A DNA stretch of 19,701 nucleotides from Candidatus Hodarchaeota archaeon (GTDB taxonomy: Archaea; Asgardarchaeota; Heimdallarchaeia; Hodarchaeales; Hodarchaeaceae): positions 1 through 19,701 of the forward strand of contig JAEOTC010000120.1 in assembly GCA_016840035.1 (NCBI GenBank). Direction: 5' to 3'. Made by a program: the position numbers and the translations under genes. The notes beneath the pieces were generated by a model that ran no database searches, was not told where the DNA came from, and saw only the letters and a list, made by a program, of their open reading frames with translations. Below, one piece after another: positions 8,091 to 17,500 of this stretch. Within the stretch, counting starts at the first letter, position 1. The number at the start of each line of letters is the position of its first letter.

Positions 8091-11000
8091 GTGAATTGGG
8101 TGTTTAATCCTTGGCAAAAAAAGATTCATTCCTCCTTTGGAAATAAGAAGAAATTACTTTTCACCGTGATAATCTTTACTATAGTAGTCTCATCACCGTT
8201 AATGTTTCTAAATCTTGAAATTTTTAAAAAAAAATTAGAAACCAGAGATACTGTCATAGTCAATCGACTTGAAGATACAATTAAGCACCCTGATATTGTT
8301 TCTCCTGTTTCTATTAATGAAACTTCTTCAATACCCCTTTCAAATAATCAAATACCAGATAAAAACATTTCTAGTATTGAACTTTCAGACAATATTTATG
8401 TAAATACCCCTACTTCATGGTTAGATATCGCTAGGAATTCTACACGTTCTAGGATCAGTCAAGATAATGGTAGTTTACAAGTAAATGTTCAAGTAGGGTC
8501 AAATATTATTCAAGAAGCTCCAATTGAGCTTATTAATTCTACGGGGCATGTCATTGATTCTGGGATTACTGATCCATTCGGAAATTATACATTTGATATA
8601 GTACCCATAGGAAATTATTCTGTGGTCGTCCAACAGGTTACAAACATTACTAAAAGTGTAGAGATCATTGAATCTGTTACTTCAATGGTTACTGCAAATT
8701 TTGGTCGAATAAGAATAACAACAGAAGATGATCTTGGGAATCCAGTTGACGCAACAGTTGAGATCAGAAATTCTAATGAAGGAACGGTTGAAGCTATCGG
8801 ATTATCTAGTGGATCCTTAGGGAACGTAACCTATATTGTTGGCCCTCGTTCGTATGATATTATCGCATTCTACGGATATGGACAATCTAAACCTTCAGTA
8901 ATAGTTGAAGAGGGTTTATTAGCTAATGCTCACTTCGTTTTCGGATCGATTCAGGGGAAATTTGGTAGTATCGAAGTTCATTCGTTAGGATTCTTTGATA
9001 TGCCTCTTACTACAAGTGTTATAATTAAAAATTATACAAATGGTTTAAATGTGGCTTCTGGGGCTACTTATGCAACAACAGGGAAGCGTAGTTGGCTTCT
9101 TGCTCCAGATATTTACAGAGTTGAAATAAGAGAATCTAATCTAGTTATAAATGAAAGTATTGTAGTAACAGAAAATGTCCAGACAAATATTTCTGTTGAA
9201 TGGGGTGTTTTAATCGTTTACCAAGATAATACCACTAATTCTTATGTTGAAGTCTATGATGATACGAATTCAGTATTAATATCGTATGCTTGGATTGCGG
9301 GGAATACACAACTAGTAACATTCACTCTTGAACAGGGGAACTATTCTATTCATTACTCTGGACAAATTCATCCCGTTACGATTATTAAAGGAAATAGAAC
9401 TCTTATCAATCAGCAGATAAACACATCACCCACGCGACTTTCTGTAACAGCCTCACACGAGAGAATTAATGCAGATGAACAGACGAATATTACAGTTACT
9501 CTATCTGATGTAAATTTTGATTATAAAAATATACAGTTTTCATGGATTCCAAATGTAGGCTCTGTAACAGGTATTGATCAACAAAACAGCTTTATACAAG
9601 AAAATGAATATGGCTCTACTATTTCTTATACTGCACCAAGCTCACTACAAACAATGTATATTGATATAACAGTTTCTGATGCCTATGATGGAAATTTTTC
9701 GTACAGGATCTATGTTTCAAACCGTCAAGGGACAGTATATGTGAATAGTACCGAATTAGGAGGAATCGGGAAACAAAGTACATACATTGAACTGGTTCGA
9801 GCAAATACAGGTGTAATTGCTGGTTCATGGTCGAATTCTACAGGTTGGGTAACCTTCTCAAACTACTGGGAGGATGAATACTTTCTCCGGGCTTATGAGG
9901 ACAATACTCAGACTTCACTTATTTTTCATCTAGATCCAGACCAGAATTATTCCTATAACTTTATGTGGGGATTATTGAAGATAAATTCTACTGGTTTAAA
10001 TGGTCAGTTAATTGATTCGTCAATCTATGTTTATAATCAAACAACAGATGAACACTATCGTACACTTACTACCTCAACATCAGATAACGGATATGCAGTG
10101 TTTTTTCTAAAGAAAGGGTCATACAAGGTTCGTGCACACGAAAATAATGATATTTGGTTGCATAATCTTACAGTTTTAAATCATCTTGAAACGTTTTACG
10201 AATTTAAGTTTAGTGTGTTTGCTATTTACTACTTAGATGAGAATGGACTTCCTAAATCTACTTATGCTGAGGTGATTAATAGAACAACAGGAATTATGAG
10301 CTGTTATGGATACACCACCCCAGCTGGTCTACTAATATTGATAGTTGCACCTTATGATAATTACTCAATATCTGTTTATCATAACTCCTCATTCTCTTAT
10401 CTTTATGAGCTCCTATCAATCTCTCCCAATGAAGGTCAAAATATTGGCCAATTTGTAAATCATAAACCAATTATCACTGGTTATTCAGCAAGTCCATCTA
10501 TTGTTTCCCCCACAAACTCAACAATAATAATTGTTACTGCAGAAGATCCAGATCCGTTAGATATCCTTACTTTTGTATATTTACCTTCAATGGGGTCCAT
10601 AGTAGGATCTGGAAACAATGTTACATATCAAGCTCCAGCTATCGATGGATTTTACTATTTAAATATCTCTGTAGTCGATCCACATGGGGAATATGATAAT
10701 ATCACAAGATCTTTATCAGCAAGAACGGCAATAGTCAGTGTAAACATCACTGATTTTGAAGATATTCCTTTAACTGGACACTATCTTGAATTAATTGATT
10801 GGTCTACTGGTGGAATTAGATCTGGATGGTCAAATTTAAGCGGATATGTAGTTTTTTCAGATGTACCAGAGTCTTTCTATTACTTAAAAGCTTATGCAGA
10901 TAATATTATGCTTTCTGAAGTGTTTATTTCGGGTAATGCACATTATGATTATGCTTTTAAATTTGGGACTCTATTTGTTAACTCTACAGGAGGAAATCAT

Positions 11001-14000
11001 GACCTTATTGTCACAGAAGTCGCTATTATACCCACAGGAACTAGTACTATAGAACGTACAAAAAATACAGTTATAACAGGTAATGGACAGGTGAGATATA
11101 ATCTTAGACCAGATTTTTATGATATTCGTGGTAGGGAGAGTAATTATCTGTATTTTCAAGATATTGAGATTAACGATGATTTAAATGTTAATTTAACCTT
11201 TAAATGGGCTGAATTCAACATTACAACTCGTACAGCACAAAATATGCCACTTAGTTCATATTGGGAATTATATAACCGATCTACAAGTACACTAATTACT
11301 TATGGATGGGCACCGATAACCACAGGCCAGGTAACAACTTATGCTTCTCCTGGAACGGATTATCAAATCAGAATTTATGAAAATAATATGATTTCCATTG
11401 ATACAATTGGTATTGAAAATGAAGTTACGCATGTAGAAGGAAAATTTGGTATCTTAAGAGTATCACAGAGCGATAAAGATGGCAATCCTTTTTCTGTTTC
11501 GATTACTGTACGAAATTCTACAACCGACACAAACATCGTATCGCAAGGTACTGGAGTAGATGGTGTTTGTTATTTTTTGCTTAAAGAAGGCATATATAAG
11601 GTTTTCAACACCACAATAGTAATATCAAACGTTTCTGTGAACAAATTAAAAATTACTCGACTAGAATTTGGTTTTCCTATAAATAATGATCCTTCCATTA
11701 TTTCTGTTACATCTTCTCCGACGAGAATTGGTCCAAGCAGCTCCACTTTCATTTTAATTCAGGTGACAGATATTGACTTTGACTATGATTTCATGGATAC
11801 TGACATAATTACTTCCGTTGGTACTCTTGGTGAACCTGAAATTGGATGGATCCAGAAAGATTTGTGGTTCTATAGGATAGAATACTTTTCTCCAAGTTCG
11901 AGTGAGATTTATAAGCTTAACATTACTATAACGGATGGAAGAGGGGGAACTGATCATTTCATGTTAATAGTGAGTGATAGAACAGGAACTTTTCAAATTG
12001 AATCTCAGGGTAACGCATTTAGAGGATTAATCACCTCTATATATATTTATCGTGACTCTACTGGAGAACTTATTTATTCAGGAAATACTGATGGAACAGG
12101 AACATTAACACGTGTGTTAGTAGAAGATTACTATAATATCCGAGCACGAATGAACAATGATTATTGGGTAATGAATACATGGCTGAGAGGGGGAGATATT
12201 ATTGATATAAACATTCTTTGGGGAGAATTAACCGTTTATAGTACTGGAATTGGAGGAGAACCAATACAGGGGACATATGTTGAAGTATATGACCAGATTA
12301 CAGGTGTTCTTTATTCGTATGCGTGGACGGATGTAGCGGGGAAGGTTCACTTCATATTAGCGCCTGGACTATATAGGATTATATTAACAGAATCCACTAG
12401 TATTATTTTTGAAAACCTCCTGATTATTGGGGGTGCAACACTCGCTCTTGGATCAGAAATTCCCTCTGTAAATCATCCTGCAGATTTGATGTATCCAGAA
12501 AATTCGGTGGGAAATACTATTACCTGGATACTTATAGATACAAATCCAGCTTTTTATTATGTATCACTAGATGGCACAACCTTTCTTGTAAATGTCACTA
12601 CATGGCTGAACGATACAGAAGTTATCGTTTCCATTGATAACCTACCATTAGGTGAACATTACGTGGTTTTATTTGCCAATGATACATCTGGATATGAACA
12701 ATATGACATTGTATTGATTCAAGTAACTCCTGCTATCAATGCACCAATAATCTTGAGTCCTATCAACGATGATTACATTAGACCTTCCATTCCAATTGTG
12801 GTTGAAAATACTACCATAATTGAAGAATCATGGTATCAATTCTTTATAGATAGCTCTTGGTCCACAAATACATCATTAAATTGGAATGGTAGTTACTGGG
12901 AGGCTGACTTAGGCTGGAATGCGGGAAATTATATTCTACGGGTCTTCTTCAAGGATTCATATGGATTTGAACGATATTCTGAAGTTCGATTTAATATAGA
13001 ACCACTCTTACTTAGTTTATTCTTCCCATTAAATAATTCAGTAATTCAATCCAGTTCATTGATTTTAGTTGAATGGACGGGTGCAGCTTCACTAGATTAC
13101 AATTGGGATGATGAGGGCAATATATCTTATGTCCTAGATGATTCGGGAGAGTTTAGGCCACTTCCATCCTTATCGGAAGGATCTCATCGATTAAATGTTT
13201 ACATTCATGATGTGGCTGGGAATTCGCTTCAACAGATCTACTTCTTTACCATAGATGACACCCCACCCAGTATTGAATCATATGATGATCTAGAAGATGG
13301 TTCAGAAGTGGGTGCAGGAACAACTATACCGTTTTCTATTGCAGACTTACATTTTGAAGAATTTACATATTATTGGAATAATAGTGAAGAAAGTACAGAT
13401 CCTGTTACATCTGATGTTCCATGGGTAACAGTTCCCACTGGAATTGGCACGTGGACTCTAAATATGTATGCAACCGATGAAGCTGGAAACTTTCAAGAGG
13501 AAACGCTCACAGTTGTCGTATTAAATTCTGTTTCCTTAATACTGTTGTATCCTAATGGTGGAGAAATTGTAGGTGGGTATGTAACCATTCAATGGTCTAG
13601 TCCTGATGCTTTAACGGTCGATGTGTTTTATTCCCCTGATGCAGGTTATTCTTGGGTGAAGCTTATAGGAGATATAACTACCGATTTCTACATTTGGGAT
13701 ACAGCTCAAGAACCATTAAACGGATCATCCTTTTTGGTACGTATTGTGAGTAAAACAACAGGAAAACCTGGTGAGGTACGTTCTGAGAGCGTTTTTACAA
13801 TACTTAACATTGTAACTAGAGATTTACCAATAGGATTATCCGAAATCGATATTCCCGACATCAATGTTTCTATCACTGTATCGAGTGCAACCAATGTAAC
13901 AATACAACGAGTGACAGAAGTTACCCCAATTATGGATCCAAATGCTAGCGGTTTAATTCCTTTCGGATTATATGTTGATATTGTACTTGGAGACCTTGAA

Positions 14001-14423
14001 GCATTAGAGATTCTAATAGTAACTTTCAATGTTAGTTATCTTCGGGATGCGTTGGCTGCTCAAAATATGACCATCTTTGATCTCGAGGTATTCTTCTATA
14101 ATGAATCCTCTCACTTTTGGGAACCTGCAGATGATACTGACTATAACGACACTCTATCTATTGTTATCGGTACTTTTAACCACACTACAACGATTGGAGC
14201 ACTTGGACGGGCAGAAAGACCCTCGATAGCTGAAGGGGAATTTCCATTCTTTTTCATCCTTCTTATTGTACTTATCCTTGGAGGAGCTGCAGGTGGTGCT
14301 TTACTAATATATGATCATCAACAACATGCGTTATCTGGAACTACATCAATTCTTTCGCAGATTCAGACTGCTCTTGGGGATATCTATACAAATATTCAGA
14401 AGAAAATCGAAGGGGATGGATAA
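8091..14423 (+). CDS. Giant membrane-anchored surface glycoprotein/adhesin: prealbumin-like (carboxypeptidase regulatory-like) repeats, Ig/cadherin-like domains, C-terminal TM
   Basis: 2110 aa with an N-terminal KKK plus hydrophobic segment, ~80-aa beta repeats, Ig-like DxAGN and DDTPP motifs, an LYPNGGE domain, many NxS/T sequons and a C-terminal TM FPFFFILLIVLILGGAAGGALLIY. Alternative start GTG 8100. Confidence 0.85.
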   Translation: MNWVFNPWQKKIHSSFGNKKKLLFTVIIFTIVVSSPLMFLNLEIFKKKLETRDTVIVNRLEDTIKHPDIVSPVSINETSSIPLSNNQIPDKNISSIELSDNIYVNTPTSWLDIARNSTRSRISQDNGSLQVNVQVGSNIIQEAPIELINSTGHVIDSGITDPFGNYTFDIVPIGNYSVVVQQVTNITKSVEIIESVTSMVTANFGRIRITTEDDLGNPVDATVEIRNSNEGTVEAIGLSSGSLGNVTYIVGPRSYDIIAFYGYGQSKPSVIVEEGLLANAHFVFGSIQGKFGSIEVHSLGFFDMPLTTSVIIKNYTNGLNVASGATYATTGKRSWLLAPDIYRVEIRESNLVINESIVVTENVQTNISVEWGVLIVYQDNTTNSYVEVYDDTNSVLISYAWIAGNTQLVTFTLEQGNYSIHYSGQIHPVTIIKGNRTLINQQINTSPTRLSVTASHERINADEQTNITVTLSDVNFDYKNIQFSWIPNVGSVTGIDQQNSFIQENEYGSTISYTAPSSLQTMYIDITVSDAYDGNFSYRIYVSNRQGTVYVNSTELGGIGKQSTYIELVRANTGVIAGSWSNSTGWVTFSNYWEDEYFLRAYEDNTQTSLIFHLDPDQNYSYNFMWGLLKINSTGLNGQLIDSSIYVYNQTTDEHYRTLTTSTSDNGYAVFFLKKGSYKVRAHENNDIWLHNLTVLNHLETFYEFKFSVFAIYYLDENGLPKSTYAEVINRTTGIMSCYGYTTPAGLLILIVAPYDNYSISVYHNSSFSYLYELLSISPNEGQNIGQFVNHKPIITGYSASPSIVSPTNSTIIIVTAEDPDPLDILTFVYLPSMGSIVGSGNNVTYQAPAIDGFYYLNISVVDPHGEYDNITRSLSARTAIVSVNITDFEDIPLTGHYLELIDWSTGGIRSGWSNLSGYVVFSDVPESFYYLKAYADNIMLSEVFISGNAHYDYAFKFGTLFVNSTGGNHDLIVTEVAIIPTGTSTIERTKNTVITGNGQVRYNLRPDFYDIRGRESNYLYFQDIEINDDLNVNLTFKWAEFNITTRTAQNMPLSSYWELYNRSTSTLITYGWAPITTGQVTTYASPGTDYQIRIYENNMISIDTIGIENEVTHVEGKFGILRVSQSDKDGNPFSVSITVRNSTTDTNIVSQGTGVDGVCYFLLKEGIYKVFNTTIVISNVSVNKLKITRLEFGFPINNDPSIISVTSSPTRIGPSSSTFILIQVTDIDFDYDFMDTDIITSVGTLGEPEIGWIQKDLWFYRIEYFSPSSSEIYKLNITITDGRGGTDHFMLIVSDRTGTFQIESQGNAFRGLITSIYIYRDSTGELIYSGNTDGTGTLTRVLVEDYYNIRARMNNDYWVMNTWLRGGDIIDINILWGELTVYSTGIGGEPIQGTYVEVYDQITGVLYSYAWTDVAGKVHFILAPGLYRIILTESTSIIFENLLIIGGATLALGSEIPSVNHPADLMYPENSVGNTITWILIDTNPAFYYVSLDGTTFLVNVTTWLNDTEVIVSIDNLPLGEHYVVLFANDTSGYEQYDIVLIQVTPAINAPIILSPINDDYIRPSIPIVVENTTIIEESWYQFFIDSSWSTNTSLNWNGSYWEADLGWNAGNYILRVFFKDSYGFERYSEVRFNIEPLLLSLFFPLNNSVIQSSSLILVEWTGAASLDYNWDDEGNISYVLDDSGEFRPLPSLSEGSHRLNVYIHDVAGNSLQQIYFFTIDDTPPSIESYDDLEDGSEVGAGTTIPFSIADLHFEEFTYYWNNSEESTDPVTSDVPWVTVPTGIGTWTLNMYATDEAGNFQEETLTVVVLNSVSLILLYPNGGEIVGGYVTIQWSSPDALTVDVFYSPDAGYSWVKLIGDITTDFYIWDTAQEPLNGSSFLVRIVSKTTGKPGEVRSESVFTILNIVTRDLPIGLSEIDIPDINVSITVSSATNVTIQRVTEVTPIMDPNASGLIPFGLYVDIVLGDLEALEILIVTFNVSYLRDALAAQNMTIFDLEVFFYNESSHFWEPADDTDYNDTLSIVIGTFNHTTTIGALGRAERPSIAEGEFPFFFILLIVLILGGAAGGALLIYDHQQHALSGTTSILSQIQTALGDIYTNIQKKIEGDG
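8469..12461 (+). repeat. Intragenic protein-level repeat array: 13 prealbumin-like units interleaved with 3 cadherin/PKD-like units
   Basis: Recurring consensus G-x-L-x-V...VEVYN..TG....G.T...G...F.L.PG.Y.I...E...F/W-G. Spacer units start at 9420 (NTSP), 10458 (NHKP) and 11682 (NNDP). Confidence 0.7.
14230..14272 (+). repeat. 43-bp exact direct repeat, copy 1 (copy 2 at 17912-17954)
   Basis: CTGAAGGGGAATTTCCATTCTTTTTCATCCTTCTTATTGTACT read identically at both sites. Confidence 0.9.
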
Positions 14424-14452
14424 GATCCCCATTCTATTTATCTTGGTTTTTC
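14412..14452 (+). terminator. Possible terminator: hairpin over the stop codon followed by a T-rich tract
   Basis: GGGGAT-GGATAAG-ATCCCC (14412-14430), then ATTCTATTTATCTTGGTTTTTC. Confidence 0.35.
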
Positions 14453-14472
14453 ATGTGTATTGAGTTTGGACG

Positions 14473-14484
14473 GATTTATAAATC
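14473..14484 (+). promoter_or_regulatory. Palindromic TATA-like element upstream of the second surface protein
   Basis: Perfect palindrome GATTTATAAATC containing TTTATAAA, about 70 nt before ATG 14554. Confidence 0.45.
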
Positions 14485-14553
14485 TCCATTCAAAGCTATT
14501 TTCGATTTCATTTTTGGGTACAACACAGCTCTTCAAAATAGGAATGAGAAATC

Positions 14554-17500
14554 ATGAAACTGGACCAATACGTTCAAAAGCTCTTAGTAATGATAATACT
14601 GTTGATTCTTTCCACTCAAATCTCCGTAAATTTAAACTTACACTTAAATAATCATCATTTCCAATCTGAATCTGATTATAGAACAAATAATTTCCTAAGA
14701 AATTTAGATACTTTGAGAGAGGATAATAAGCGAGGAGTTAATACCGAGATTAAAACTGGATTCAACTACAACAACCAAGTTATGTACTCAACAAGTGATT
14801 TTATTGGCCCACCCAATCAAACAGGAAATGAACTCATAGAAAGTATATCAATAACTTCTGATAATGAATTTAAAGCTGTAGCTAGTGCAATGGGGTGGAA
14901 GGGAACGGGAAATCCATATGATCCCATTATTATAGAAAACTACAATTTTTCATTAAATTCTCCTTCTACGAGACTCTTGATGCAGGATACGTCAATAGAG
15001 TTCATAATTCGAAACTGTGTGTTTGAAAATGCGGCCAATCTTACTACATTCTATAATGTCTCGAATGGAATTTTGAGAGGAAACATATTTCAGAACGCAA
15101 CATCATACGGGCTTTTTTTGGATGAGTTTGGGTTAGATAATAGAATAGTTCATAATATTTTTGAAAATAATGCTACTGGAGGTATCAATGCCTTTAACGA
15201 TAATGATACGAACGAATTTTATTACAATTGGTGGGATATCCATAGTGGTGGATCAGCTGGTGGTATTTTTTACTCTGGATATTCTGTTCCTGGATATGGG
15301 GCCTCACTTGAGCAGGGTTCTAGAGTCTATAAACAATACTGGAATGTTGACGAAATGATTCTGATGAGTAATGCTCAATTAGATTGGAATATGTTCAACA
15401 AAGGATTTCTAGGGAATGGAACAGAGGAAAATCCCTACAGAATCCAATATGTCAATTTTTCCTTTGCCATGGAAACCCCTCTTATTGATATTTCAAATGT
15501 AGATAAATACCTCGTGCTTGAAGATTGTTATTTTGATGCAAATTATATGGTTACAGCAATTAACATGAACAGTGCTTCGAATATTGAGATTAAAAACTGT
15601 ACGATACTTAAAGGTGCCCCTGGTATTAATGCAGATTCAGTAAGTAACTTCTTTATTTTAGACTGTAGTATTAATGAGTCAGGCACTCATGGATTTTATG
15701 GCACCAATATCAACGACTTGTTCATGATAGATTGTAGTATTACTGACTCAGGTTCTGATGGATTTTATGGTTCTAATATTAATGACTCGATAATCGATTC
15801 ACTCAGTATCTACAAAACACAAAGTCAAGGCTTATTTTTTAGGTATAGCAATAATGTGTCAGTAAGAAATTCTCAAATGGAAAATATTACGTACACTGGA
15901 TTATTTTTTCAATACAGTTCCGATATCATTGTTAATAACTGCATTGTCCAAAACTGTCTTGCTGTTAACAGTCGAGGTATTCGATGTGATAATGTTGACG
16001 AAATTAGGATTAATAATACTGAGGTACATAACATCTCTGGATATGCAGTTTACCTGTACTATACATCAAATAGCACAATTAACAACAGTGAGATTAGTTT
16101 TTCAAGTATTGGCCTGTTTACATATACCCTAGGAGATTGTAATATTTCTTCTACAACTATTTGGAATCATACTAGATATGGAATAGAAGTAATGCCTGGA
16201 GAAAACAACAATACATTCTCTGATCTTGACATTTTCAATTGTGATACAGGGATGAAAATAACTGATACAAGAACAAACGTCCTGATGTACAATAGAATTC
16301 ATCATAATAATATTGGGATTGAATTAGATGGAGAGGAAGGAGAAACTGAATTTACTTCGATATTTTGGAATAATGTAACTTCAAATTATGGGACAGGAAT
16401 TCTTCTCACTTTTGCAGCAGAAAACTTAATTTCTTCTAATAGAATTCAGAATAATAACAAAGGAGTTGAATGTACTAGTTTTTCTGAAAATAATACATTT
16501 TACCAGAATACTTTTTTGAATAATGAAGTAGTAGATAATGGGACCACAAATTATTGGGATAATGGTTCATATGGAAATTATTGGGATACTTATTTCGGAA
16601 TAGATGCTGATGGTGATGGATTTGGTGATACTCCCTATTCTATTCCAGGTTCGGCAAATGCATTCGATAATTTTCCTCTAGTTAGTCTAATTCCTCTTCC
16701 TGAAATCGTTCTAACTGTTCCACAAAACTCATCAATTATTAATTCGTATGCAACACTGGAATTTCTCTTTTTAAATAGTAATGGGACCTATATTTATAAT
16801 TGGGATGGTAGCAGCAATCAAACAGCCAGTATTGAAGAACCGATACCATTACCAGCAACAGAGGGTCTACATACACTGGCCATTTACCTTAGTAATGGTC
16901 AGACATGGACAAAAGAAAGGTATATGTTCACTTTGGATAATACAGATCCAGTTATTGAATCATGGGATAATCTTCATGAGGGATCGGAGGTAGGAGCAGG
17001 AACTACATTAACTTTCTCGATTATTGATTTGCACTTTGAGAATTTCTGGTATGTATGGAATACTACTCACGGATCTTTACCTGTAGTTAGTTCCGACATT
17101 CCTTGGGTAGAAGTCCCCAATATTACTGGTGACTGGACTTTAAGGATTTACGCTAATGATACTGCAGGAAACGAGCATTATAATTCTATAACTGTAACTG
17201 TTCTTGCTCCTGTAGATATGACATTAATTTATCCCAATGGAGGAGAAGATGATGGAGGATATATCAATATTACCTGGGTAAGCTCTGAAGATCTTACGTA
17301 TAACCTGCAATACTCCCCTGATGGTGGATATACTTGGGTAACACTCAGTGAAAGTCTTAATTCTACTTTTTACATATGGGACACAGCTACACCTGGACTA
17401 AATGGATCAACGTATCTAGTTCGAATCCGCAGTATTACACCTGGAAAACCTGGAGAAATTCGTTCAGAAACATCATTTTCGATTGTAAACATAATAAAAA

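Noticed and set aside
9619-16993. Short ORFs 9619-9828, 10971-11159, 11570-11752, 11754-11957, 14460-14651, 15161-15358, 15929-16132 and 16781-16993
   Set aside because: Nested in or overlapping the giant surface-protein genes; short and without motifs.
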